Below, piece by piece: positions 48,661-62,608 of a DNA stretch of 64,000 nt. The stretch's first letter is position 1. Each line of letters begins with the position of its first letter. A program made the position numbers and the translations under genes. The stretch is from Chrysemys picta bellii (taxonomy: Eukaryota), in NCBI RefSeq assembly GCF_011386835.1, contig NC_088791.1, forward strand, positions 182,094,001 to 182,158,000, read 5' to 3'. The notes beneath the pieces are model-generated. The model saw nothing but the letters and a program-made list of their open reading frames with translations, searched no databases and was not told the origin of the DNA.

Positions 48661-51571
48661 GAGTCTAAAAGTAACACCTGTCTACTGGCCTAAATGAACT
48701 GAGTTGATGGCCTCAGAACACTGGTGTGTAGATTAGGTCCTGTCAGATTTTAGCTAAAGTATATTAGCAGAGAGGAATGTACCTTTATAATGGGGAAAGG
48801 AAGTGTGCACAACTGCTTTTTGTGATGTCCCTCTTCTGTGAAAAAAGAAACAATTTTAATTTTCAAAGCTGTCATTCCATCATCTTTCAGAATCATTTCA
48901 TCCACTTGAAGCAAAATAGATTAAATCACAGTGCTCTTTATTATTGTAAACCAGATTTCTATAATCTTTAACATAAAAAAACAGAAGTCTAGATTTGTAA
49001 ATATCCTTTAGGCTTTGATGAAATAAATCTGAGGAAGTTATTTCCTGTGTAATACTCTGGCAGTTACTGTCTTCTGTATAATTCTTTCAAAGCTATTCAA
49101 CTATAAATAAGATATGACGTGTTGGACAATGCATTTCCCAGGGCGAATCACAAAGTTGAATGCTCCCTTTTACCCAACCTTATGTTTTAAAATCAAGAGA
49201 GAGGTTTTCATACAGCTTCCAGGATGTGGAAAGAAATTAGGCATGTTGGTTTATATAGGGGAAGGAGGGGATCGGTACACAGGAAAGTGAAGTTTTTGAC
49301 AAAGAGAATATGGAATACTTGTTAGAATGCAAAAACAAAAATGTCTTTGAAAAAAGTGATAATCTCAGGAAAGTGGAATCTGGCTAATTGATGAAAATAG
49401 AAGGTGAATGAGAATTACGTCCTGATTCAAGGTATCTCCTTCAAGACTAACTTAAGCTTCCCAAAGGCATGAGGCTAGTTCAGATATTATCATTTAGAAA
49501 CTGTTTATGCCATAAAAAAGGAGTGACAGAAAGTAAAGGACTTCCTAATTTATAATGACAAGCCAGCAGGCAAGCTCCAGATGTCGTAACTGCAGTTCAG
49601 GATAAACTCAAGAAAGGTGATGCTGTATTCTCCACTATCCTGCTGTAATTATAAACACAGGCAATACTGGTGAAGAGTGCCAGCTGAAAATCATGAGATA
49701 GGCCTTAAAAATAGCAAGGACAAAAAGTTAATGTATATTGTATCATTTTAAGGAGAATGAAGTTTTAAGAGTATTAGCAAAGGGTGATTTCACTACATAT
49801 GAATACCCAATTTTCAAACATTTCCCAAGAATACAAGAGACATGGACTGTGCTATTATAAAATATACTGTAGCAGACTAATAAGAAAAGTAAATGGAAAC
49901 TTAAAATCACCACTCTGTTCCTGTACAAAAAAGTCAACTCAGTACATTGTAATGTCTGAGAACTTGCAATATAACATGTTTTTAACATTTTCATAATGTT
50001 GGCTATATTGCGCAAAATGCATACACACAAACAAAGTTATCTTTGTGTGTGCGTGCACATATTTTGCAGCTGCAATTCAGTTGCTTAGATTTGTAAATGT
50101 TGTCCTAACAAATAATTCAGCGTTGTAAGACACAAAGTAAGTAAGCGTAAAAGTGTCTACATTAAAGCTGCTGGAAAAGAGAGGATGGGGAGAATTGCTA
50201 GATTTATTTATTTGTAGATCTCTGAAATTCTATGAATTTGACTTTTGTTTTTAAATTCTAATTTATACTCTTAACTTTTAACCTTCCTGGTTATTTCCTA
50301 AGTCTGTCTGTTATTGGCCTGACCCCTCTCCTGGATGGCACTGGTGCTTTTGGTTCCAGCATCAATTATTGCACTGATACATAGTACTGGTAATCCTACC
50401 TCTTTGGCTCAGTTCAAAGTCTATTGTAGTTAATGGAATGTCTCCAATTGACTTTATTGGTCTTTGGACCAATGACTTATAGTGGCTTATATTACGGAAA
50501 TGAGACAAAATTAAGAAATGAGTTCCTTGCATCTTCTTATTGATGACACTGAGGGTTGCCAAGGTGAAAGTCTGCAATTAGGGACAAGATTCTAGAAGGC
50601 ATTCCAAGTGGGAAACTATTTTTGTAGTTAAGTCTCAGCAGGAAGGGTTGTATTTGAGCTCATTTTGAGACTAAAGCAATTAGAATGGAATGCAGTGTTG
50701 GCTGGAGCATGGTGTTTGGAGTTAATGGCCTACATAAAGAGGAGTGGAGATCTGGAAAGCAATGAGTCCTGCTGGAAGGCCACAAAGAAAGCATGTCTAG
50801 AGTGTCAATACACCAGGACAGAGTGTACATTCACTATTGGAGCACACATCGAATGAAGCATAAAGCAGAAGGCTAACTGTCTTCCACAACCTGAGAAATG
50901 CACCAATATCCTACGAATATGTATCCTAACATGATTTATTGCTATTTGTGTATGGCTCATTAATTTTAAATTTAATTAACCTTTTCCAAAACATTTTAAT
51001 TATTGCTTTCTGGAATAACAAAAAGTCCCATTGAAGTGTTGAGAAAATAATGAGGAAAGGGTTATATATACAAGTTTCTGCTATTTTGGTTATGTGATTT
51101 TTCTTCCCACCTAGCTGCTTCTTTTTGTTGTTTCCTTGGTCTATTTGGGCCCTTTCCTCTCCACCCACTCTCCCCAGATGTCCTTTAAGTAGCAGTTTGT
51201 TGCTTTAATTCACCTTCTTTAATGCAAATTTAGTTGTAATACTGAACATCTCACACTTTATTGTTTACATTAGAAAGTGAGTTAACAGTGGCTGAAAGAG
51301 CTACAATCTGTGCCCTGGCTCTGGAGGTGGAACGAAGCATGTTTAAAATGGTCTTTCTCCTTCCACTTATAACCCTCTTCTTTCACCCAATCACCACATA
51401 ATAATTTATCTTTTACAAATAAGAAATGATACTTTGAAAAATGAAGTATATTTTGTTTAATTGGGGCTATCTCTGTTCTGAAGACACTTTTGTACCTTTG
51501 CTGATTAAAATATGAAAGGACATTTTTGGGAAATTACCTGTCTTTGACACAATGTGTTTGACAGTGTAATG

Positions 51572-51906
51572 CAGTGTTTCTCAAACTGGGTTTGCCGCTT
51601 GTGTAGGGAAAGCCCTTCCGCGGGCCGGGCCGGTTTGTTTACCTGCCCTGTCCGCAGGTTCGACCCATCGCGGCTCCCACTGGCCGCGGTTCGTCGCTGC
51701 AGGCCAATGGGAGCTGCTGGAAGCTGCGGCCAGTATGTCCCTCCGCCCGCGCCACTTCCAACAGCTTCCATTGGCCTGGAGCAGCAAACCGTGGCCAGTG
51801 GGAGCCACGATCGGCCATACCTGCGGACGGGGCAGGTAAACAAACTGGCCCGGCCTGCCCAGGGGCTTTCCCTACACAAGCGGCGACTCCAGTTTGAGAA
51901 ACACTG
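51572..51906. mobile_element. Palindromic hAT MITE with a different TIR but the same core as 17363/43372
   Basis: TIRs cagtgtttctcaaactgg / ccagtttgagaaacactg. TSD poor (5/8). Confidence 0.88.
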
Positions 51907-53024
51907 ATTTAATTCCCTCTTCTCTTCTCCCATTCTCTCAGTGTTGCTATCTTTCATCCTTCTGGAGTGAAGATGAAATGTTAGGTGCTGAATGTTGCTT
52001 ACAGCCCCCTAATGACCAAATGTGAAATGCCCCTTGTAGAAATCTCAAATGAAAAGGGAGCTCAAACACCCTGTCAGTTGTGACTGAAAAGGGTTTTTTT
52101 TGCAAAAAAGAAAACCAAACATTTAGGGAGGGTTACTTTCTTTTTAGCCACCAGGACTTGAAGTGCTATTAAATCCTTAACTTTTATCTATACATGTTTT
52201 CATTAATCTATTTCCCCCTTCCACCTCCCTACCTCTTTGTGAGAGTGAGTGGAATAGAGGGAAAGGGAATTTTATGGTACTTTAATTCCTGAGGTGAAAG
52301 GGAAGGAAGAAAATAAACTCTGTGAAAAGATGGAAAAGAAGAGGTAGACCTTTGAAGGAGCACACTGATTACTGGTTTATCTGGACATTTTTAAATGGCA
52401 CTTGAAAACTATCCAAAAGAGAGATTTTAAAATATATTATATTTATTTCACTCCTGTTTTCCCGATGGCGATTAAGCATAACGGTTGTCAAGATATATAT
52501 TTTTGTTTGAGTGAACAAGGTTTGTGTGCCATTGTGAGTTGATGCATGGTTATGATATTAAAAGCGTCCTACCAGTGAGCAGAACGAAGCTTTGGAAAGT
52601 CAATGTCTGCAGTCATGATCATATCAGAAATAAGATTTTTGAGGGGAAAGAAGGTACCTATTGGGATGACTTGAGCACATGGAACAGAAAATGGTATGTA
52701 ACAATGATCTCTGAGAAGAGAGATTATTTTCTTCAATGATAATTCAGAGTTATAGGGTAAATTGAGTGTTGGATATTTACTATTATATTCATGTGATCTT
52801 ATATATGTTTCTGATCTATACGTACTATTGTTGACATTTTATATACTGTTATTTTTACTCAGTTGCTATTGCATATAAATATAGTAGAGCTTTGATCAAA
52901 CTATAAAACCCACAAAGGAAATGGATTGGAGGAACATAGATGTTGCCACACTGAATCAGAACAGGGGTCTTCTGGTCCAGTATCCCATCTCCAAAAGTGA
53001 CCAGTTCCTGCAGTTTTAGAGGAA

Positions 53025-54016
53025 AGTGGTCAGTTCCTGGAGAAAGGAATGTTGAAATTAAGTACCTAATCAAGAAACACTTAAAGGACAATGGATCTTG
53101 GAATGCTCCAATACACGTAAGAAGTCTACTTGAGGACGTTCAAGGTAGCATGTAAACAATGGATGCTACCTGTAAAAACTGCGAGTCATGCATGGACATG
53201 TGACTTGCCCAGGTGATTCCTAAACTCCATCTCAGAGCTGGACTTTGCATAGGAGTGAGGAAGGGGTCTCCACCCACAAGAGAAAGTCTATTTAAATCCC
53301 TGGGAGACCCCTCCATTTTGTCTTCTGCTGGCTAAAGAGAAAGCCTCTCTGCCCCCCCCCCCCCCCCGGGGATACTTGAAAAAAACTGGAACAAAGGACA
53401 GTAACTACAGGGGGTGTGAGTGATTTCTGGACCCAGGGTAAAAGGAGATTAGTCTGTAAAAGGGAGAATTCTGGAACTGGTGAAGATCTCATCTGTATTC
53501 AGTTTGATTAGACATAGATTTGCGTGTTTTAGTTTATTTTGCTTGGTGACTTACTTTGTTCTGTCTGTTACTACTTGGAACCACTTAAATCCTACTTTCT
53601 ATATTTAATAAAATCGCTTTTTACTTATTAATTAACTCAGAGTATGTATTAATACCTGGGGGAGCAAACAGCTGTGCATATCTCTCTATCAGTGTTATAG
53701 AGGGCAAACAATTTATGAGTTTACGCTGCATCAGCTTTATACAGGGTGAAACAGATTTATTTGGGTTTAGACCCCATTGGGAGTTGGGCATCTGGGTGTT
53801 AAAGACAAGAACACTTCTGTTAGCTGGTTTATGGTAAACCTGAAGCTTTGGGGCAAGTAATTCAGACCCTGGGTCTTTGTTGGAGCAGACAGAAGTGTCT
53901 GGCTCAGCAAGACATGGTGCTGGGGTCCTGAGCTGGCAGGGAAAGCAGGGGTAGAAGTAGTCTTGGCACATCAGGTGGCAGCTCCCCAGAGGGTTTCTGT
54001 GATCCAACCCATCACA
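53025..54016 (+). mobile_element. Probable solo LTR (Gypsy-like), 5' boundary uncertain
   Basis: TATA-like tatttaaa near 53289, aataaa near 53607, and a terminal ...ctgtgatccaacccatcaca (CA end). No internal retroviral ORFs. Family assignment is from memory. Confidence 0.6.
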
Positions 54017-54320
54017 GAGATGATGATTAAAGGAGCTATGAGAATTGCTTTAGATGAACAGTCTCACCTGCGGACCCTGGCCTTGTGGGTGCCCAGGAAT
54101 TCCCCACGCTGGAGCAGCGCCTGCTACGAGTCCTCAAGGACAAGGCTGGAGGGGCAGGGACTGTCCGTAGCAGAAGGGGTGTAAGCATTGATTCTTGCTT
54201 GCTTGCTTGCTGGAAAGCATTTATTTAGTAACACATGAAGGCTGGGAAGCTTATTATACCTTGGCAATAAAACCGATTATACTTACGCACCCAGTATGGC
54301 TTCATTTAGTGTATCCGAGC

Positions 54321-54540
54321 CCCGCACTTTGGCTCGACGGGGGAAACTGTGTGATCATGGGAGACTTCAGTTTGAGTACATAGGCTGGAGGTCTTGTGCT
54401 GCCAATACTAAAACATCTTTGGAATTTCCAAACATTATAGATGACAATTTCCTAATCAAAAATTGTAGCAGTCGATATAGGAAATTCTTTATTAGACCTT
54501 GTCCTAACAGATAAAGAGGAATTGATCACAGAACTAAAAA
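54321..54540 (+). mobile_element. CR1 ORF2 apurinic endonuclease fragment
   Basis: CVIMGDFS, FPNIIDDNFL and LDLVLTDKEELITEL read across frameshifts. Confidence 0.8.
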
Positions 54541-56267
54541 TGCCCTAATTTATCTGAAAGCTACTTGGTTGTTCTTTTGTGTTACTAATGACCCCAGGAT
54601 GATATTGTAGCCTTATATTTCAAACTGACCATCATTTATTCTCCATATAGAGCACACAGAAAGGTATGATGAACTGCATTGAGAAAATTGTATGATTCCT
54701 GTGAAAGGAAATCTTCCCTTCTCAAATAAGGGAATTAAAACAGACATTAAAACAGCGGAAACACTCAACCTTCTTTCCACAGTAAAGATAATGTACACAT
54801 GTCCAGCCCTCTCTAATAATAATAAGAATAAAATATATATTATCTGAACTTCAGAAAAGGATATTTGACTTTTTGGTATCCCTGCAGTGAAATAAGCCCT
54901 CTGTTACCACTATCGGATAGGCTACTCAGTAATTTGTGGGAAATGAACTGTTTGTCTCAGTCCATCCCCCATGGCACGTACTCACCTCCCAAACTCTTTA
55001 TATCAGTTACAGCACAAAGACTAAAAAGTAAATGTCATGCAAGCTAAACTATTATCTCACTCCTAGAGGTCCCCTATGAAAAAATAATAAGGGATTTAAT
55101 AGAACACGATAAGCCTTCAATACATATTTTGAACTGTCAACTTCAAGTGAGACACCCAAGAATTGAGGTAGCCATCATCACCAGTCAGTCTGGAAAAATC
55201 TAGGCTATTAAGTTCGTAGAACAGAAGTTACGTGGTGGAATGTTATTTCACACCCCTACCCCCACCCTCACCCCTTCACAAGAGTGCAGCAATGGCTCTT
55301 TAACTCCCTAATCATCCACATAAGATGAAACAAAGGTAAATAACTAGAGCTAGGTTTCTCCCACTCATTTCTATTGATTTTTTTTCCCTTTTAGTTGATA
55401 TCAAAATGAATTGACTTATTGCAGTTTCATTATGTTCAATACTTGCTAAAGGATAATACATTTTAATGGTGACTGAAAAATAGTTTAGTCAACATTTATA
55501 CAGTTTCTAAGGCATCTGTTTGTTCAGTGTCTTTATCTGTCTTGCCCTAAGGTTGTAATGTATAGTTTGTTTAAAGCTATATTCTATCTGTCAGATGTTT
55601 AACCCAAGGAGTTTGGTCTTAGTTTACCATCAACTTTTTTTAAAATGACTCACCCCGTCACCCCATACTCTTCCCATTCTTTCTCTTGGTATTTGAGTAC
55701 TGGCTTGATTGCTTCCATATCTCATAAACACATGCATGCTGAACTTTGCACATGAGTAGTCCCATGAAAGTCAGTGCAACAACTCCTGTGTCTCGGTGTT
55801 CGGATCCTACAATCCCCTGATGCTATGTGCCTGCAACTATCTAGGTCACTCAATAACCATTGATATAAGAAGTAGGTGAGGACTCTCAACTCCTTGCAAG
55901 AGAACATCCCCTTTGCATTTCAGCATATTCCAAGGTCTTTCATCACCATATTATCTAAACACCAGGATCAATTCATAGGATCAGACACTTATTTCTTTTG
56001 GGGTCTGCAGATTGTTGATTTCTCATCTGTGCATAGCAGAAGCCATCAAGCAGTCCCTTTCCTACTTTGCACAAAATATAGGTCTGGTCTTTCATTTCAG
56101 CTCTTGTCCTGTATATTTTTATAGCTGACAATACTGAGCAAGTCATTGAAATGTAGAATTATAGTGAGAATAATGAATTTGGTCCTTTCTTTTCCAATTT
56201 TTTTCTCCTTTTCATAAGTAAACCCTGGTGAATCATGGGTTTTATAGCAATAACTGGTGCTTATATA

Positions 56268-56361
56268 TCTTACTGCTGTTTTTCCATGTATTTGTTTAGC
56301 CATATCATAAAATTTCTTACTGCTGTTTTTCCATGTATTTGTTTAGCCATATCATAAAATT
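56268..56361. repeat. Perfect 2 x 47-bp tandem duplication
   Basis: tcttactgctgtttttccatgtatttgtttagccatatcataaaatt repeated at 56268 and 56315. Confidence 0.95.
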
Positions 56362-57285
56362 TCCCACCTGTTATGAAACTCTCTCTAATTCTGGAGTGGG
56401 TTGGGGGCTGAGCTATTCACTGCTATTAAATATGTTCAATAACATAATAAACAGGACGGTCAACATTGCCAAACTGAGCTAATGGTGTTGTGAAATCCTT
56501 AACTTTTATATTTTCTTATCTTCTTTTAACAATATAACATTCATGAATATCTGTTGGCTCATCTACTTCCTTTACAAAGAAATTAAATATCCTGTACTTA
56601 ATAATATTAGTATTTGGACTTTGAAATTCATACTTCAGTGAGGGAAATAAATCAATTCCTACCTACTTTTGTTTGGATGGAGACAGTTTTCTACAAGGTT
56701 GAATGAAAAGGGCAGCATGACATCTGTTTATATTTTGGTGGCTGTGTCTTGGCAAATGAAGAAAGTTAAACTAGGGTTTTTTTTAAACAAAGGCTTAGAA
56801 ATTTGCAGAATGCCTCAGAAATTGTTGAGAGATCAGAAAATCACAAGGTCCACAGTTTTTTTATCATGCTCATGATACTCTTTCACCTACTAAGAATGAT
56901 TTTGTTCCATGGTGCTGAAGCCCAGCTTGTATGTAATCAAAATGTTGAAAGATGTGGTGATAAAGTTTGGTTTTTACTACATTCTGAAAGCTTTTGTCTA
57001 GCAATGGGAAGATGGAAAGGTTTCCTACATCCAGTATAAGCTTTTTTGAAGACAAGATAGACAATTTCATTTTTCTGAGAGGTTTACAGGCTTGCTTCTC
57101 TGAAGGGAGAGTTTCTATTAACAGTATTCTTCGCTGACTTTTACCAGCAAAAAGAGGTGGGGTTCTGTTTGTCAGGTGGTGCCTTGGATATTCTTAAAGG
57201 TTCCTACACCTTCAAAATGTATAATGGGGGTGAATTCTGAATGGATATGTAATGCCAGACTGTCTTGTTCAGTATTCTGCCTCAC

Positions 57286-57383
57286 CAAATTCCTGTATTG
57301 ATAGTTGTGGCAAAATCATCTATCAGTTTAGGGTCACTGGTGTTGTAGCTGGCTGGTTTGATCTCCACAGGTTTGTTGGAAAC
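57286..57383 (-). other. Candidate 98-nt internal exon
   Basis: Acceptor gattttgcatccttcag|G and donor TTG|gtgagg. The only open frame is VSNKPVEIKPASYNTSDPKLIDDFATTINTGI. Not recognised as a known protein. Confidence 0.3.
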
Positions 57384-58707
57384 CTGAAGGATGCAAAATC
57401 TTTCGAAACCACTTTGGTCATCTATTCTCCTGGTTGGATTGGGGGGGAAAAAGCCATTGTCTTTGCTTGGGTTAGCTTCTGGCAGCAAATGGGTTGGTGG
57501 GAAAGGGGATTTATACACACAACTCCACCTTTCCTATATATGTCTATAATGGAATAGTGTAAATCTAGACTTTAATATTATGTCCTTATAGTTTCCTGGT
57601 AACTTAAAATATATATATCTGTGCATTTTAGACTCCTAAACCTATAGTCTAATATATAAATAAAACTCAGCAATTACTTTACAGAAATATAATTAAGGCT
57701 ACATACCTTCTTTGATCCTGTGACCCACTAGAATCTTATTCAGTAGCATTAAACTCTTCCCAATAAACATGGATTTCACTGATCCTTCAATTGTAGACTT
57801 TAGTTTGAAACTTCAAACTCATAGACCCAAATGTGTTGTTAGTTTACAGTCTCTGCCAAAGCAGGCATTACTGGAGCTACAAGAAATGCAGAATTTTCCC
57901 ATAGAAAAGATATATGAGAATCTCCTGTTGCAAAACAAAACTCTGCCAATTTTCCCTAAATTGTGGGTAATGACTCCCTTGGTAAAACCAGAATATTTTA
58001 AGCAAATCTGAGCTTATTTATGAACTCCCACGTAAATTGCATGTAGTTCTGTAGACTTTGCATGATTTCCAACCATAACTCATACACAGATGGCTTTAGC
58101 TAAATTTTCCTGTTTCATTTCAACCTGAAACTACACACACACTTTTTTAACTAACAGTGAAATCATGATCCTCTGTACATTAAGCAAAACCATCATGTTA
58201 TTCACAACTCTATTCAAGAAACATTTGATAAATTATTGACAAATACCTCCTCTGTGGCAGCCGTTTCAGCCTTGATAACATCAGTAAATTGTGAATGTTA
58301 TGGGTTTTATGATACCTTTTTAATACTTGCAGTCTGAGTGCTTTTTTTAAAGTCACTCCCTGCCCTTCTTTCTATGTAAAAGTATTTTTAATTAATTTTA
58401 TTCCAATGCTAGCCTCTGGAATGCTTAGGGACCAAAGCTTCATGCAAATGAGTGGAGTTACTGGAAACTGGATATTCCCATTTATTTCAAGCTACTGCTT
58501 TTATTTCAAACTAAACCTCCTGGCCCCACCATTAGTTCTGCAGACTAATTGAAGGTAGTGGTCCAACAGTCACATATCTTAACCTGTGGAGTGGTTGGAG
58601 GAAGACTGGGTCAGTTTGTTCCCATACATGCTTTTTTCTGTATGTGGAAAAGAAGCAGTGGGCCTACATCAAGGAATCTGTTGCAAGATGTGATCTGTAA
58701 TAGAATC

Positions 58708-59040
58708 CAGGGCCGGCTCTAGGATTTTTGCCGCCCAAAGCAAAAACAATTTCCCCCCCCCCCATTTAATTACTCCACCCCCGGCCCCGCCTCAACTCCG
58801 CCCCTTCCCCAAATCCCCAGCCCTGCCTCCTCCCCCCAGGCTCTCAAGCCTAGGAGGGAGGGAGGGGGAGAAGCGGCGCCGCGCCACGGCAACTCAGAGT
58901 CTCCCCCTCCCTCCCAGGTTTGAGAGCCTGGGAGGGAGGGGGAGACTCTGAGTGGCCACGGCGCGGGCGCCACTTCTCCCCCTCCCTCCCAGGCTCTAAA
59001 GTCTGGGAGGGAGGGGGAGCAGCAGCGGCGCAGGTCTGGT
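58708..59040. mobile_element. One-ended hAT-type element related to 6467-6907, with internal palindromes
   Basis: Starts cagggccggctctaggatttttgccgcccaaagc, the reverse complement of the 6907 end. The other TIR is absent. Confidence 0.7.
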
Positions 59041-59049
59041 GAAGTCCTG

Positions 59050-59258
59050 CTAAAACTGCCAATCACTCTCCTGTCGACTCCTGTACTCCACCTGATCGAG
59101 AAGAGTAAGGAGAGTCGATGGGAGAGTGTCTCCGATCATCTTGCGTAGTGTGGACCCCGCGAAAGTAGATTTAAGCTATGTCAATTTGAGTTACGCTATT
59201 CATGTAACTCAAATTGCGTAGCTTAGATCAACTTTTCCCTTTAGTGTAGATAAGGCCC
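59050..59258. mobile_element. Right-end fragment of a Harbinger-like (gtctacac family) element
   Basis: Ends tagtgtagataaggccc followed by ta. Internal hairpins such as atttgagttac...gtaactcaaat. Confidence 0.6.
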
Positions 59259-62200
59259 TAGTCTCATTGCGCATTCCTCCTGGCAATAAAATGTTTGTAG
59301 GATTAGCCATTATTGCATGTAGTAAGCATTATTACTAGTATTAAGTGTTTTGTAGGACTGGATAATTAGCTGTCAGTTTTTGCAGAGAGGCAATGAGACT
59401 GACTAAGCCAACAAGACTAAAATACTCTCTCATCTATAAAGGTGATCTCACAATAGGTACATTGATGAAGGACTGTGAGGAAGCTTGCAGTAACTTTGGC
59501 CATTCTGTACCATTTGCATTAATAAATTTAGGACTTCATTATCCAGGACTGTCAATCTGGCACCTTTCCCAAGTATTAAATTCATATTACAAACCCCATT
59601 TTTATGTAGTTGCACTGTTACCATAAAATATTGATCGCTGCTCAGTCTTTTACACCCCATTAACAAAGTCTATATTGTAAATGTGAACCAAGATCATAAT
59701 TGATTATGACATTGTCCAGTGTCAATGTGGTTCTGAGCTAACAGTGCTTATTAAAACAATGTTTAAATACATTGAGAACTTTTAAACTTTATTAAGAGAG
59801 TGTATTTCTAGAGCACGTGTAGTGCAGCTTTAAGGGTGATTATTACTTATTTAAGAAAATTCTACAGCAGAGCTTTGTAAAAAAAATAAATACTGTGGGT
59901 ATTTTTTAATGGCATTACACTTATTTGTGTCCTCTTGATAGTCTACATAAAATTGTCATTTGAGAATCTGATAAACTTAAGTGCTTGTTTTTCTGAATAA
60001 ATTAAAAAAAACACTGTAAAATCAGGCAAAGTATCAGATTAATTATGTTGTCATTATTGTTTGTGTTAATGTTGGTTTTTGTTTTTTTTCCCCTCATTTG
60101 GGAAAAAAAATGAAAGCTAGTGAAAAAATCAAACCTCCAAAGTATAATATTGACCACATGGATACATACACCAAACTGACCTCCAGAGTCGTCTCAGTCT
60201 TTGAGACATAACAAGTTGTCCCAATGTACATCTTTTGACTGAACATATTTAAAGTATTAGACTTATCTCTTAATTTGTAGCTGCATAAATATAGCAGCAA
60301 ATAAATCTGACTTAGAATACCCCGTGTGGCCTAATTTTTCAGAGGTGCTGCCTACCCACAATTCTCACTGTTCTCCATGAAACTGCAGGTGTTCAGCACA
60401 TCTGCGAATAAACCATTTGGGGTCTTTAATGAGAGTTGCACCAATACATATAATGCAACCCTTTTTTTTTAAAGGGGTACACCTGCTAAGGGAATCCTGA
60501 GTTGATGAAATATAGGGTCTTATTCATAAAACCCATAGTCAACAATGATGCAAGGTATTTGGCTAGTTCTATACCTTATGCCTCTTAAACAGTCATGCTT
60601 TTCGGTTTTTTGGTTTAAACTATTTTTTTTTTTATTTTTTTTAAAGGGATATAATCAGTAATGATGTAAACACTGGGTTTTACATGAGTATGTTTTAACA
60701 CTGAATTAGTTTTGGGTGTCATTCACATTTATCCTTAAAGGCTTTTCACAATACATATTTTAGCATATGGTATTCAAATAACCTCTGGTACTACTGTTGA
60801 AATGCACTCATTGTTTACATATCACTAATGTGGAACTTGTTGCAGGTTTGGGAACAAGTGTATATTTATTCAAAGCAATTAACATTTCTGATTAAAAACT
60901 GTGCAGAAAGGAACTTTACAAGCTGATCTTGTTGCCTCTAGACTTCTCTTCTTTTTATCTTGTCTCATTTTTATATTTTGTAAATCCTAGGAAATTAAAT
61001 ACAAAATGCTGAAGATATTGCAACATTAAGATGATATCAAGTAGTTAAGTCAAGAAATTTCGAAAGAAAAGTTTGCTTTGAGAACATAGCTCTTTTAATG
61101 CTGCACAAATAAATTTTCGCTTCCACTTTTCATTGTTTTTTATCCAACCATCAAAAACACTGGGGTTATTCTTTCTAAGGGGAATACTCTTGTTTTTTGT
61201 TCTAGCTCAAAACCCTGATGTAGATTTTTCTCACTTTCTCCCTCTGACTCTCCACTTCTCCTCTCCCTCTCCCAAATACTCTTCAGGCAGAGAGTATGGA
61301 AACCGACCCAAAGGATGGAGTTCTTGGGAAGTTATGAAGTTACCATTTTCAAATAATATCCCTGTAACTTATGCATATTAGCAAAAGCAAATACAAATAA
61401 ATAGAATTATTTCTCTTTATTCTCAATAACCTAATGATTTTGCTGAATTTTAGATGTAATACTGCATGTATGATTTTCTCATGTTTTCTGCCCTGGCTAA
61501 CAAGAAAGAAATATAGTATAGGAGTTGATGGAGCATCATTTTCCATTCTCTTATGCATTACAATATTTACAGCACCTTAGGGTTTTTATTGTACTTCCCA
61601 TCTAATGCATGTGCGGTAATCTTTTTATTATCGTTTTCCTTCTACTGCAGCTGTTCAGGGTGTTACCAGCATATTATTCAATCAGTGCAATCAAACTGAG
61701 TGTTCAGAATGTAACTGAATTTCTTTATGAACTGAAAGGCCCTATTGCTGTTTTTAATAAAACATTGAGCAATTTACACCTGTTCTTAGAACATAACCTT
61801 ACTATTCCATTCTGCTCTACATAACTCCTGCTGTCGAACAAAAAAGAACATTTCACACCTATTCTTCACCATTTTTCCTCAGACATATCTAATCTCTTAT
61901 AGTTTCCCTGCTGGTAATAGAATGCATCATTTAATTCATTGAAATCTGAATAAAAAGATAGAGATATATAATGGTACAATACTGCAAATACCCTTTCTAG
62001 TAGTTACTCATGTGTTCTTCATGTTAAAAATATTCCTGATGTTCAGAAATGTGTGATGTGTTGGATTGTTGTCTTCAGTCCTCAAGTAGCTTATGCTTGG
62101 AAAATGTTTTTAAAATCTTTAACTTCAATGGGTACAGGATTTACAGGCAATGAGAATTTTTCCAATTAGTTCAGGGAACCCAGAATTTCAACTTATTGTT

Positions 62201-62608
62201 CACATACTTGTGTACCTAAGGCACTACCCTTTACCACCTATGAAAAAAAACAACAAGCTGATAGCAAAGCATCTTGACACATTCAGGTGATACAAGCATA
62301 AGAATATGATTAAAGTAAAGAAATAGTGTTGCTTAGACTTCAATTCTAGACAGATGATAGGCCATAGTTTGATTCTCAGATATATAAAAACAAATATCAG
62401 TGTTCTAAATGGGAGTTTCACTTGTGTATCTGAGGGAAAGATTTGGCCCAAATATTAACACATTTTCAAAAATGTATATGTGCCATTTTGTACAAAGGCA
62501 AACCAGTTGATAGATCAGACTGTCCATTTATTTTTCTTGCATATCTTTATAATTTTATTTCCATTGGATAGCGCATAGAGGCCTCAAAAAGGGACTGGGA
62601 CAAATGTA

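Noticed and set aside
43356-51957. Similar ORFs recurring in the MITE copies (also at 17.3 kb and 32.4 kb)
   Set aside because: These are translations of the same non-coding palindromic repeat, not a gene family.
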